In this document: positions 1 to 13,237 of the stretch, piece by piece
Layout: every line of letters begins with the position of its first letter
How positions within the stretch are numbered: position 1 is the first letter of the stretch
Origin: a virus
Length of the DNA: 64,000 nt
Strand: one strand, 5' to 3'
IMG/VR virus record: IMGVR_UViG_3300045988_068671
Coordinates: 20,518-84,517 of that record
Program-made: the position numbers and the translations under genes
The notes under the pieces: generated by a model
Seen by the model: only the letters and a program-made list of their open reading frames with translations
What the model was told of the DNA's origin: nothing
The model's database searches: none

Positions 1-487
1 ACATTTCGTATAAAATGTCGTGAGTTATAGAAGGATAGAATTTTTTTATATCCATTTTCAAGCAATACTTTGTTTCTTCTGGATGTTTCTATAACACCTT
101 AAACAAATCATACTCTACTTTATGAATACCTCTATTTCGTATAGAGGAATATGTTTGGTCTATAAATATACTAGTCCAAATAGGCTCCATAATATTCATT
201 ATAGCATGGTGAGTTATTCTATCTGGATAGTATGGAAGTCTAAAGATTAATCTTTCTTTAGGTTCGTATATTATAAAGGTACTATATTCAGAGGTTTGAT
301 AAATCAAATCCCTTAACTTATCGGATAATTCCTTATTTTCTTTTAATCTATTCTTATCATGCTGCTTGATTCCACATCTAATAGACTTATTTCTTCTAGC
401 TTTATCGTCAGCTAGTTCGATGTTATCTTCAGCGTATACTTTCTCGTGCAAATATCCTACACGTTTCAATTTTTTTATATATTTCAT
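1..487 (-). CDS. DGR reverse transcriptase, N-terminal part (C-terminus runs off the window start); frame continues through the in-frame TAG at 89-91
   Basis: RT motifs PYYPDRITHHAIMNIMEPIW (domain 1/2) and, after the TAG, LKMDIKKFYPSITHDIL (domain 3); adjacent TR/VR pair. Confidence 0.75.
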
Positions 488-612
488 CGGAAGCGTTCGA
501 GAATTAACCTACTAACACCCTTCATTCAACACTACGTTATCTTTTGCCTAGAGGCAAGGATATTACTTAGCAAACTAAAAAAAATAATAAAATGTTTCTA
601 AATATATAATAA

Positions 613-710
613 CTCGACATTGGAATTGGCATTGCTGACGTCATTGTTAGAATTGAAATAGCTGAGACCTGCATTGCTGCCATTATTCGCGTTGCTGCCT
701 ACTAGCAGTA
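613..710 (-). repeat. DGR template repeat (TR), non-coding, rich in AAY (Asn) codons
   Basis: 98 bp homologous to 814-911 and 29272-29365; it carries A where both copies differ. Confidence 0.8.
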
Positions 711-786
711 CTTTTTTGCCAATCAACGGTTTTTAGAAGTAATATCCTACGATTTATCATCTAAATCGATTTTTATATTGTATATC

Positions 787-2604
787 TTAAGATACTCTAT
801 TCAGAGTCCTGAACCCGACATCGGAATGGGCACCGCCGACGTCATCGTAAGAATGGAAAGAGCCGAGACCCGCATTGCCGCCACTACCCGCGCCGCCGCC
901 CACCAGCAGCGTGCGAAGCGCTGTGCTGCTTGCGTTGCAGTAATGGTAATCGCAAATATAAGTAGTAGCACTTCCTCCAACAGCGGATGGAATTATTTCA
1001 GCGGTTTCACCTAAGTCAAATGCCTTAATATAACCATCAGATGCTACTTCGTATCCTGCAACGGTTTTCTCTCCAACTACGTCGGTAAATTCCGATACGT
1101 TAGTAGTTGTATAGACAGTGCTAATCTCATTAGCAGCTGCCCTCACTATAACTACTCCGTCCAGGTTAGTCCAAATGTCTCCAAACGGATTATCGAACCC
1201 TCTCCAGCGAGGTACCTTAAATGTATGAGTTGCTACTGTACTTGTGCCATCTTGAGCTGTACATTCTGGAATAACTAAATCTTTTACTCCAGTGAAGTTA
1301 CCAAATTCATTGCAGTAACCACAAGGCGTAAGTGGATATGTTGCATTATATCCTGACCAACTTGTAGCTGCGTTAGCCCAATCTGTAACTCCAGGTCCTA
1401 AACCTCCTTGATGATATCCATCCGCAGTTAACTCTGCATTATATGCAGCCTAAGAATTAAAATTAGCATATTCAATGACATAATTCCAGTAGAATATCCA
1501 TTTGTAATATTCATAGCATAGCAATTCTGAACCAGCATTTGTTGCATATGTTCTCATAGTAGCTCTAGAAATATTAGTTCTAGGCTTTCCTAAATCACTT
1601 CTGAATATATCCTTAGTTTCTAATTCTGTAGTTAGATAATCATCGTAGTTAGCTCTATTTCCTCCACCTCTAAATGCAGTAGTAGTATTAACTACTGATA
1701 CAGCTTTTGGAGTTGCGGAGACTGTGGTATCAACTGTACTTCTGTATGCATCTATTAATAGTTCAGGAATTTCTACCCATGAATCATCAATTTTGACAGT
1801 AGAAGTTCTAACCCATCTTTTGTTTCCATCGCTGCCAGATTTTCCATAAAATTTAGGAGTATTAACTCTTACTGTTCCATCAGTTCCATCTAAGACAGAT
1901 GGAGTTTCTCCGTCTTCTTTATAAGACCAGTCATCTGGAAACAGATAGTAATTTACTACATCATTGTTTGCTACACAACCTCTATACGCTGATTGAATAG
2001 GAAGAGATTTATGCAGCAAAGGATTACCTATTCTAGTAAGTTCCGGAGATGCTACTGTAACATCCCATTCTACTCCATAGGAATATAAATCCATATTACT
2101 ATTTAGCTCAGTAATCTACTTATCAAGCTTTTGTTGTGCCTTCTACAATTCTTCCCAAGCCTCATTTAGCGCTGTAAATTGCTCTTCTAGCTTAGAACTT
2201 GAATCTGCCCATTCAGCAGTACCATCTGCTGAGAAAACTAGCATCTATCCAGATGCTCCTCCAGATGGAATATGTTTATTTCCAGAAGTAGTTGGATGTA
2301 CATAATTATTAGCATTATTAGCTATAGTACTTAACTTTTCCTTCTCAGTTTCAGTATAATTGGCTTCAGAAAGTCCCTTTCCTAACTCCTTATCTACTTT
2401 GCCTTCAAGCTCACCCTTAGTAGCTAATTCACTAATATCCTAATGCTCAGTTAAATATCCACTATCATTCTGTAACTAAGAAGTTTTAGTTGGAATTGCA
2501 TTAGCCTTGGCATATGTCGTATCTATAACATTTCCAGCACCATCGTAAGTAGCTTTTAAATCGTATGTGGTTTCCTCAACCTTTATAGATTTGATTGCTG
2601 CCAT
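787..2604 (-). CDS. DGR target protein 1: tail-fibre/receptor-binding-like, coiled-coil N-terminus, Gly-rich C-terminal VR; contains in-frame TAG (e.g. 1450-1452)
   Basis: ORF pieces 787-1146 and 1450-2094 share a frame and join across TAG; TAA at 787; ATG at 2602-2604. Confidence 0.65.
814..911 (-). repeat. DGR variable repeat 1 (VR1) at the C-terminus of the target gene
   Basis: about 22 differences from the TR, all at TR adenines; locally GC-rich. Confidence 0.8.
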
Positions 2605-2605
2605 A

Positions 2606-2818
2606 TCATTGTATTATTAAAGTTTCATCAACTACATCGTGATCTATTCCCTCTATGGAAGCAGTTAGGTCCTCAACAGCCTTCTACAATTCTGCTTTAG
2701 TAGCATAGTTCTTGAGAACTTCCTAGTCTACTCCAGAGCCTCCTCCTATACTTCCTCCAACAACTTTTACTGGTTTGGCAGAACTCTTAAACTGTCCTTC
2801 AATATAAATTGTTCCCAT
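2606..2818 (-). CDS. small hypothetical protein (about 70 aa) with one in-frame TAG
   Basis: ATG 2816-2818, TGA 2606-2608, hand translation. Confidence 0.35.
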
Positions 2819-2823
2819 ATTGT

Positions 2824-4689
2824 TTAAAATATTAATTGTTCATTTTCTCCATCTACCTCTACACTAGAACCTGGCTATAAAGCGTCTATCTTTTTCTACA
2901 ATTCGGCTACGGCCTAGCTAATTAGTTCTTCTACCTCAGCTTTGGTGTAGTATCTCTCTATAAGATATTCGCTCCTAACATATCCAGTATCTTGTAAATC
3001 TTTTTCTCCATAGGTGCAATAATAAGTATCTTCTTCAGTCTTACTATTCTCAACTAGGTCATCATAATCAGCTTGTGGTAAGCATACAAGTTTTGGTACT
3101 TCTTCAGTAATAGCAACTTGCTTGCCTCCAGCAAATAGCCTGTTATCTTCTGTGGTAAGTTTAACAGAACTCTCAATAACTTGCTCAGTTCCTGTTTCCT
3201 CAGAAGGTTCTCCAGTTGTTCCCTATTGTACTTCTTTTTCTCCAATTTTCTAAATAGTAATATCAGAAGTTTCTACTGATGTAGATTTCAAAAGCTCAGT
3301 GCTAAATTCTTTAGCAGCAGCAGCCTAATCATCCTGATATTTTTTCTAGGTAACAAATATGAAATCATCATCTCCGGTTTCAGGAGAGTCTCCCCTTAAA
3401 CTTTCTTTTGTTACGTAATCTTCGGCTATCTAATCTGATAAATCAGATAATGACTATTGAGTAGCATAAGTAGACTGAGCATTTTCCTTAGTAAGAAATT
3501 TGTCATCAACCTGCTAAATAGTATAATAAGCCTTAATATCTTCTGTAGTAACGTAGTTTCCAAGTTTTTGCAAACCTTGAACTATTTCATCAATCTACTT
3601 CTTGGAGTAATAATTTGTAGCAACCCAGGACTGATATTGATTGGTAGTATGATAATTCTAATCCAAATATTCCTTAGTAATATAAACCTTTGCATCATTT
3701 GTGACGTCATATACATAGTAATATGTATCAGGCTCTACCGTCCCTTCCTCTACTAACTTTAGATACTCTTCTTCAGTTAATGTTACTAAGTTCGGAATAT
3801 CCGATTCAGTAGCAATCTAATCTTCACCTATAAATAATCCTTCAGACCTAACGTCTACTACTAACTAGCTCTCTCCCTCTACTACAGGAGATTTTATCTA
3901 TCCAACAGTGATGCTTTCTAAGGAACCATCTCCATCTACCTTTAAAGTCTTATCTAGCTCATCTTGAATAGCCTATTGGTCTTCGTCATACTATTTCTTT
4001 GTAACAAAGACAAAATCATCTCCTTCCATTCCTTCTCCTCTAAGACTTTCTTTGGTAACAAATATGTCATCAGTTTCTTCCTTAGTATAATGGTTAGATA
4101 AGGCTTTAGATAACAAGGACTCTGGGTCCTCTAAATCTAGATCAGTTTTAGGGGCATAATTCTCAGTTAACTCTTCAAGGGTAGCATACTTGGAAAGGTT
4201 AGAGATTGTCTAGTCTAAATCCGTTCTAATCTGTACGACAGTAGTATTTAGAGCTTTCTATTTCAACTATTCCTCTATCTTTTTACCCCATTCTGCTGAT
4301 AAGTAAAACTAATCATCATCTAGGCTGTCTTCATATATATAATAATATGTTTCTGCATGAAGATATGTTTTATCTTCGTCTATAGGTTTAAAATCTTCTG
4401 TGGTATTTTTAGACCATTCCTTATATTCAGCCTCTGTACAGGTGATTATCTAAATAGATTCATAAGAAGCTTTCCAACCTTCTTTGTATTTAATCTTAGA
4501 CTTATCTACTAGCATATAAATATTTCCGTTATCTATATTTGAAACGGTCATGCCTTGATAAGCATATTTCTCCGGAATAGAATATAATTCGTCTAAATTA
4601 TCGACTACTGTTCTATTATCAAGAGGTTTAGGAGTTTCTACGGTTAAAGCAACACCTAATGTAGCATCACCTGTATATTTAAATGCCAT
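2824..4689 (-). CDS. tail-fibre-like repeat protein (about 621 aa) with many in-frame TAG
   Basis: repeated motifs (EEYLKLVEEGTVEPDTYYYVYD / EEVPKLVCLPQADYDDLVE...TYYC); ORF piece 4450-4689 ends at TAG; length divisible by 3. Confidence 0.55.
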
Positions 4690-6278
4690 TATTGTGATAA
4701 AGTAAAGTTAATTTGATGAGGTAGTGCTGAAGAGTAGGTATCCTTCTTAGTCCATACTTTATATGGGAATCCATTTATTTGTTCAGTAGAAGCTTCCCAA
4801 CCATTCAGATCGACATTCAAATATCCCAATCCTCCATCTACTGTGAAGGAATTTAGCTGAGTATTACTTCCTGGTAGTTTTATAATAGCCCTACCGCTTA
4901 ACGAAAATGTAATAGTGCCAGAAGCCTAATTAAATGGAACTAAAGACTATTTTATTAGCCCATCAGTATTTCCGGAATACCAAGGATAAGTAGCTGTTAC
5001 TTGTGCAGTTGCTGATATTGAACCAGCTTCCACCCTCTTGTCTGTAACCTCTCCCTTGTTGTTAATAAGATATTCTCCAGCAGCATAATTTACGGTACCA
5101 GAATGCACATAAACACCGATAGAATCATATGTTTCAGATTCTACAGGAGAATCATTATAGGTAATAGTTTCTTCTCTACCAGTTTCCTCTCCAGCATCAT
5201 TTTTTATAAATGTTAAAGTAGGGGTAAGTAAAGCGGATCCTACCTCCACAATCTAAGAGGTGAAGCTATAATACAACTAAGGATAAACCAAATCTCTAAC
5301 AACAGTAGGAAATAATAGAGTATCTATAATCTCATTAAACGGCTTTCCTTTCAATTTTTCGACTGTAGTTCCTTGAATAACAGTAGAAGTAGTATCATCT
5401 GGAAGTTCAGTTTGATAAGTGGCTATAGTTTCTAAACTTGTCTATATATTTGTGATATTCTTAGTATTGGAATCTACTTTAGAATCAGTGTTCTTCTAAG
5501 CTTCCTATACCCCCTTAACTTCTTCCTTTACCTCTGTTAGAGATGGTTCCAAGTCTTTTACATATATTCCAGGTAAAACTACTGTGGAAGGCTCCCCTTC
5601 CTCCTCTACTGGAGGAATTTCCTACTTAATCAGATGTATTGCATTATCCTCCTACTAAGATAGAATTACTTCTAGAGTATTATCATCCTTTATTTCTATG
5701 GTTTTGGAGTTTTTTAGACTATTAGTTATCCAATTCTAGATGTTTTTGTCAACATCTATATTTTTGATAGACTCGTTAATATCCTCTATTGCCTCATTAA
5801 TCTAGGTTATTTTCTCAGAAAGATTGTTTATGCCAGTTCTGTTAGATTCAATTTCTTCTTCGAGTTCTTCCTTAAGTACAGTAATAGAAGTTCTGATATT
5901 ACTTATATCAACTTTTATTTCCTCTATTTCTTCTGTATTAGCTTCGTACTAACTTATAAAGAATAAAGCATAATCTAAGGCATCTTTTACAGTATTGATA
6001 TTCTCTGCAACATCACTAGTATAAGTCCATTTCTATTCTATGTACTATACTAGATCTTTCTAGGCTTCTATAGTTCCTTCTATATTTCCCCAAAGAAGAC
6101 TCTATTCATCAGCGATGCCTAGATTCTTTCTAACCTTAGCTCTTTCTAATTCAGTTCTATATTCTCCAAGATAATTATTTCTTAAGAGAGGTATAGGTTC
6201 ACTTTTTATTAAATGTCCTTTCTTTCCACAAGGCTTTATATCAGCATTGCTTACCGAAGTGTAAATAGGCTGTATCAT
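4689..6278 (-). CDS. structural protein (about 529 aa), coiled-coil N-terminus, TAG-recoded
   Basis: contains ORF piece 4947-5249; TAA overlaps the next ATG (TAATG). Confidence 0.5.
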
Positions 6279-6433
6279 TATGATTCAATAATTGCTATTT
6301 AATAAATTCGTGATTATCTAATTTTACGGGTAGGTTAATAAAACAAATTAGATTCAAAATATCCTAATAATCTGGTCTATATCCCTTTCTAACCCTTTTA
6401 AGGAAATCCTCATACCTTTTAATAGCCTTTCTT

Positions 6434-7162
6434 TTAAGAGCATCCACAACCTATACGTTTATGTTCATGGTGATTGTTACAGAATCCACCGCAAGTACGG
6501 AACATCGCTAACAATCTTTCAGCTTCCATGAATTGTTTAAAGCCTATTAAATAATCTATAATGTTAAGTGTCATCCAGATAAAATCTCTTGCAAATATAT
6601 CTGCATCATGTTCTCTAGTTAAACACTTATTTAATAAAGAGTCAAAGAGTTTCTTACAGTAGTTAATATAACACTATTGCAGATTTCCTGTAAAGAACAC
6701 ATCTACCTTACATTTTTTGATAGTAGTCCCTTCTATATTTCTTTCAAGGATTTCTTTTACAGTACATTCCTCTAGCTCTCCATCTACTTCTTTATATAGT
6801 TTCTCTCCATCAGTTATATAGATAGTTTCATAATACTCCTTGTATTCATCAGATGAATTTTCATACCATTTCATATTAGGAAGAATTATGTGGTCTACTA
6901 CATAATATCCATCTTCTTTCACCTTAAATGTACAAGAGTCTAAATCCTCTGTATGGTCATTGAGAAGTACGTCTATCAAAGTAGCATCTCCTATACTAAC
7001 TTTTATGATAGTATTTAGGGTAGCACTTTCACTATACTTATAAGAATCATAGGAAGTTACTACCTCTAAATCTTCATCAATATACTATCCATATTCCTTT
7101 GAAAAGTCTTCAATAGTTATTTCCCCGTTAATCTGGGTATGTATATCAATACTAAATTCCAT
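6434..7162 (-). CDS. hypothetical structural protein (about 242 aa), Cys/His-rich C-terminus, TAG-recoded
   Basis: contains ORF piece 6674-6979, which ends at TAG; the true stop is TAA at 6434. Confidence 0.45.
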
Positions 7163-7172
7163 ATTATAATAA

Positions 7173-7907
7173 TTAAGACTCAGTAGTAGGCCATTGACCA
7201 TATTGAGCAGGAGTAGAAAATGGTTTCCACTTACCTTCTTGTCGTATACGTCTAGACATAAAAACTGAACTAAATGATAAACTAATATCTTGAGGATAGT
7301 CTGTCCATGTATATGACTAACCTTCAGGGGTCGGTGGTAGACTATTTAACTTACCAGCTGGTTTTCCATTCCAATAATAATTATAGTCATACGCTTTAGT
7401 TGGAGTAACAGTCGTTGTTTCATGTCCTTCTGAATCTACATATAGAGGATTTCCCTCCTCATCTGTTTTCTACTTATACTCAATAACTGGAGTTATTCCC
7501 TCAGTTCTAGTGTATATATTCTAGATAATAGTAGAAACATCGCTTGCTACAATCTCATAAATAGTAGTTCCCTGAGATTCGTCAGCCCCCTAGAAAGTAA
7601 ATTTAGTTCTTTTCCAGATATATGGATTCTCTTCAGTTGGAAGTTCAAAAGTATCAGTCCACTATTTAGTAGATAATTTTATCTCAGATTCTTCAGCAGT
7701 GTCAGCAGGTAAGTAATGAATCTTAATAATAATATTATTTACCGCTTCACTAGAACCAGAAAGGTCTGACACCTATTTAAATAGTTTCTTTAAATCTTCT
7801 TCCACATTTGATTTAGAACCAGAAGCATTACTAATAATTACTGAACCATCTGAAATAGGATAAATCTATTGCTAATCCTTATTATATACAATTGTTCCAG
7901 TTGCCAT
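7173..7907 (-). CDS. hypothetical structural protein (about 244 aa), TAG-recoded
   Basis: hand translation, ATG 7905-7907, TAA 7173-7175. Confidence 0.45.
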
Positions 7908-7908
7908 A

Positions 7909-10080
7909 TTAATGTATTTGTCTTATTTTGTCATTATATGGATTTCCATCATGAAGCTAAGCCAACTCTATTTCAGTTCTCTTTTCTTCTATATCCATTT
8001 GTCTATCTTTATATGTAGAATCAGATTGAGCTTTGAGCCAGTTAACCTTATATTCTAACTACATTTTCTGCTATTCTAATCCTAATCTCTACTCATCCAA
8101 ACTTTCTATCTTCTACTAAGCTTTCTATAGTTCTTGCTGTAACTGCTATGCCTATTGTGAAGTTTCTTCCAATTTTTCCTATAGCTACTATAGCTAATTG
8201 TTTTCTTCTTTACGAATCTATACTGCTTTCTTAACCTTGTATTTAAGGTCTGTAAGACTCTTAGCAGTTAGTGCTTCAAATATGATGTCAGGATCCATTT
8301 GCTGACTTTTAACAAACTCTGGAATAATAGCTTTAATAGTTTGTAAATCTTCCATTACTTCAGAGCTAGAAGTTATATGGATGTCATAATCAGTAACCGT
8401 AAAATACTCTGGAAGCGCTGTAAATATCTGCTAGTATTTATCTCCAAGTATAATAGTACCAGTCAATCCTTTCTTATATGTTATTTTAGCCTAGTTTAGA
8501 CTATCCAATAATATCTCACAAGTGATTAGGTCCATCTACTAGAAATAATGCTTGGTTACTATGTAAGAGTTAGTAACACCTTGCTTAATATTAGTTACAG
8601 CATCGTGAGTTTCTATTCCATTTAATCTTTCTCTAAATACTCCAGTTATAGATGATGTAGTTTGTTCTACTGATTGAATTGCTAATTCAATAGCCTATAC
8701 AGCCTAAGCTTTTAAGGTATCATCAAATCCATTGTATATCTAGTTAGGTGCTTGCGCTCCATCATTTCTTCCCTCCTAAGTGGAATCAATCCACATGATA
8801 CCACCCTTCTTGTATGCTAACCATTTCTACACTCTTTCTGGCCATTTTACGCCTAGGTTAGTAGGAAGCAATGACATATCCATGATTACTCCAGCAGTAC
8901 CGCTGTTAGCTATCAGGTTGTCCCTATAATAATTTAACAAGTCATATCTATCCTGTAGATGTGCACACTTTAATATCAGAGAGTACGGTTGTTGGGAACG
9001 ATTTAAGAAATATACCCCATTCACAGACAAAGAGCAGAAATTAGGATTATCTTTCGACCTCATAACAGTCTTGTCTAGACCTCTCAGAATATATATTTCT
9101 TCTCCAATTCTAATGGTATTGTATCTCTACATTACAAAATCGTCATCAGTTTCTATCCACTCTACATCATAAACAGGAATTAACTAAAATCTATGAGCAC
9201 TATATTCATTATCTGGATATCCAGGAATAGTTTCATGATTCTAATCTTCGTTTACTATAGTACAAGTGTCACCATAAACTCTTCTATAAACTGCAGCTGA
9301 ATCATCAGCTCTCCATTCATCTTTTAGTCTTTTCAAATCTTCTCTAGAGATTTCTTTTCCGTATTTAGCTAATATCTAGCTTTTACTCATCCATTTTCTA
9401 ACCACAACTCTATACGAATTTCTAACATATGGAGATTCTGGATTCCTATCTACGAAAGTATTTAAAGGATTCAGAACTTCTATTTCTATGTTAGTTCCAG
9501 AAGATGATGATTTTACTCTGAAAAATGTATAGCCAGTAATTAATAAATCTGTAAGTAACTATCGGAGTTTAGTTATTAAATCGGTTTCTCTAGACTGCAT
9601 GATATAATGAATAATATTCTATGCAGCTATCTCATATTGAGAAATAAAAGACTAATCAATGTCTTGAATAATTTTATCTAACTAAGTCTTCACGGCTTTA
9701 TCTGTAATATCTTTTCCGTCGATAAATTTCAGAATAGAATTACTTAAATGGTCTCTAAGAAATTTAACTATTCCTTTAGTTATTTCTAACTATTTTTCTC
9801 TGGTGATATTACTAATGGTATCTGAATCCTTACAAGAAATCTTCGGAAGGATAGGGGTTCCTAGATATTCCCCTACTAGAGCATCTACGTGCTTTTTTAG
9901 TAATGGTGTAAATTCTACAGAAGTAGGACTACCTATTCCAAAGTTTTCTTCCAGGTAACGAAACTATTCTGGGTCTCTCTTTCCGTTATAGTAATTATAG
10001 GCTTTCTATAATTCGTACTTATCATATACAAGCTCCGCAATAGCCTCGTTCGTCTTGTCTATCAGTTCTTTTTCTTTCAT
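7909..10080 (-). CDS. large virion protein, possibly portal (about 723 aa), TAG-recoded
   Basis: continuous frame with about 20 TAG; contains ORF piece 8827-9063; sits immediately downstream of the terminase. Confidence 0.45.
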
Positions 10081-10300
10081 AACATAAATTATGCTGTTCT
10101 GGAGGAAGTTTAGTTGCATTATAGTATTTAACTCTTTGTAACTTCCTACTTCTTAATTCTTCCTTTATAAATGGGAGAAATTCTTCATCAGGTAAATCAG
10201 CTATAATGACTAAAGGCATCTCTGACCTATCAAAGTTAAACGATACCTTATAACCAACTGGATCTAGGTTCTGAATTTCAAGCCCACCTACGTATTCCAT
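10022..10300 (-). CDS. small hypothetical protein overlapping the TerL 3' end
   Basis: ORF-track frame 10022-10483 trimmed to the internal Met. Confidence 0.25.
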   Translation of the reverse strand: MEYVGGLEIQNLDPVGYKVSFNFDRSEMPLVIIADLPDEEFLPFIKEELRSRKLQRVKYYNATKLPPEQHNLCYERKRTDRQDERGYCGACI

Positions 10301-12638
10301 TTTGTACAAGTCTCTCATATAACCTAGGATCACTTGTTTCAATTCTGTATGGGTCATCGTATTCATTTTTTTGTATGTTAGTTTCAAAAGTCTTAGAAGT
10401 TGGTATAACCCCAAATCTTTTGATTCCTCTCTCGTCGTAATAATAACCATAATCTTGGAATTGTTCAACTTCTTTTTCAACAAGCACTGGCTATCTTCCT
10501 GACAATTCCTAGTCTGCCAATTCTGTCATTCCTACAGCGGCTACAATATCGAATTTACCTTTATTCTCATCATTATATCCAGTAAATTGGTCTAACATTT
10601 CTTCAAACCATATAGTATGACAGAAATCCTCAATAAAGGCTGCTGTCAAATCAGTATGTTGTTCTATAATAGTTTTGGTAGCGGGTGTTCCGTACTATTT
10701 AGTAGTTCCATTCTTGACGTCTGTTAGAGTAGCTCTAGGTCTTTTCATAAAGTAGTTTAAACAACCCTTTTCTCTAGCCCAGGTAATCATACCTACACGG
10801 GTAGCTTCTATGTTTATTCTACAATTATAGTATCTAGCTAAACACATAGCTATTTTATAGGCTTCTCTAATGTCATTAGGTCTGTCTTTATACATAGCAA
10901 CATACTACGGTTCGTTTAGACCAAATGCTCTTCTTTTTATAGTTATACAGAAATCAGAAGGATCTCTTGTTTCTTTTGAAGTTTGACTAGCTCCTATATC
11001 AATACCGTCTATTCCTGCAACATATAAATCATGCATTTCTTTATACGCTGGAGATTCAAATTCTTCTCCCCTTTCCTCAGCTTCCTGTCTAAGTTTATCC
11101 ATCTATTCTTTATACAAATCAGACCATACAGGATGTTCAAGTATCTTTACTTTTCCGTTAATATTAGGAATCCATTTAAAACCATCTATATTATCCTAGG
11201 TGTGTTTATTGTTTTTATAGAAGTAGTCTATGTATCCAGATTCTGGTCTTGGTCCTATTTTCTTAAGTCTTATATTAGCTAATTGGTCCGCAATAAGAAT
11301 CTTGTTAAACTTGTTGACACCTTCAAGATTAAATGCTTCTTCTGCATTCCAACATCGTTCTGCACACTTCTTTAGATAGTCATCTGGAACCGCTAATAAG
11401 TTATCACGCTCTTCCTATAGATACTTCTTATATTCTACTGTATTACATACACCCCTATGGTCCATGTATTCTGAATTTAGGGACTAGACAAAATACGGAA
11501 TGAAGAATCCACTTTCAATAGTAGTTCCATCCTATGTATAATTATGTCTAAATGGAAGAACTTTGTAAGCTTTTGGATTGTAATATATCTTCTTAAGACC
11601 TGCTAATGGAGCACCCATATCACCACCAGTACCTCCAAATAACATTGTTCCACGAGGTTTACCCTGAACTTCACAAAGCTCTTGCCCCTGCACTACAGCA
11701 GTATCTAGTCCAGGCCAAGACCCTGCTTCATCATATATTAATAAGTCAACACGGTCTCCACGAATATTAGATGCCTTAGCTCCATTTATTCCAACTACTT
11801 CTGATTTAAATCCAACATCCTCAAACTGTCCGTTTACCTTAATCTGTTTACCAGACTTTTTTCTTAAGTCTTGGTCAATCAAACGTAGTTTGAAGAATCC
11901 CCCTCCTGTACAAGTATTCAAGAATGTTAAAGCATTATCAAACTTACTAAAAGTACCTTTAAGGAAGGTATCATTAAAACAAGTAATCATTACTCTGCTT
12001 CTTCTGATTACTGAATACATTCTTGCAGATAAGGATGCATTTATTTCAGAGAATCCAATAGAACGAGCTTTCATTAGAGCTGCGTGTTTATGCAGGACTC
12101 TAGCCATCTACAGATAATGAAAGAACATATAATGAGATGCGAAAAATATAGGAAAGTCACTACTTGTTCCTTCTCCAGATGCTTTGTTATCATCAATAAT
12201 AGGAAGCTAGTAGAAGTTTAGGAAGAAATAGTTATCTCCAGTAATTGTATAACCATTAACAGTCATTCCATATTTACATCTTCTATACTATTCCTTCCAA
12301 AACTCATTATATCTCTTACTATCTTTTAGATATGGACAATACTTTCCAGTTTTTCTATATACTTCTCTAGTCTCAGTAAACCAGTCTGGGTCGAAGTCAA
12401 GACCATGTGTCTCATCTATTGGTCTATATCCAGTTATTTCATAAGATAAAGTAGGGTCAAATACTTCTATCTTATCTCCTCTTTTTACATCCCAATAATC
12501 AGCATTTTTGTCCCTTTCTTCTCTTATCTTCTATACTAGTTCTCTAGCTTCTTTGGCATCCTCTTTTTGTTCTTTCTCTCTTACCTAATCTACTATATTC
12601 TAGATTTCTTCAGGTAATATTTTTTTCTTTCTAGGCAT
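10278..12638 (-). CDS. terL: terminase large subunit (about 786 aa) with about 12 in-frame TAG
   Basis: Walker-B-like GDRVDLLIYDEAGSWPG, C-terminal nuclease-like region; ORF pieces 11532-12107, 10905-11102, 10695-10895 and 10278-10487 are co-frame. Confidence 0.7.
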
Positions 12639-12640
12639 AA

Positions 12641-13207
12641 TTAAAAGTCTCCTGGGTCAAAGCCGTCTGTAGCTCCACCTCTTACAGTAGATTGTTCTGT
12701 AAGCTCTTTCTTAACCTGCTCTTCTAGTGTTACTAATTCTTCATGAACTTTATGAAGAGTAGCCATTTCTTTCATTACCTTTTCAGCTTGAAAGACGGGT
12801 TTGCCATTATTATCACGTTCATTTAAATCTACTATAGTATCAAAATAATCAATAAACTAGTCAGCTGCTCTTTTAGCTGCTTCTAGAAGTTTTATTGATT
12901 TGTTAGAATCCTACAATGCTCGGTATTTTCTACAGGCTTCCCTGAATAACGGGTCATTAAATTCGGATTCAGATAGTCCAGAGTCACTAATAGCTTCATC
13001 ATGTCTTTCATGTTCTGAATATTGGCTATAAGGACTCTTCCAATCAATAGCTAGATAAATGTAAGACAATTCTCTAGTTACTCGTTCCTTGTCAACAGAT
13101 TTATCTCTCTGTATCAAAGCCTTAAACTCTTTAACTAGAAGAAGCTCTGGTTCATTTATCTCTAACTATTTAGTTAAAGTGTTATAATTAAATACATTCA
13201 TACTCAT
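12641..13207 (-). CDS. possible terminase small subunit (188 aa), TAG-recoded
   Basis: position immediately upstream of terL; TAA overlaps the terL ATG; contains piece 12911-13117. Confidence 0.4.
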
Positions 13208-13237
13208 CAATCATTAACATTAACATCTTTAATCTTT

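Noticed and set aside
600-915. Simple tandem duplication of a 100-bp segment as the explanation for the 613-710 and 814-911 homology
   Set aside because: All internal differences are at adenines of one copy and a third copy exists 28 kb away; that pattern is DGR mutagenesis, not duplication drift
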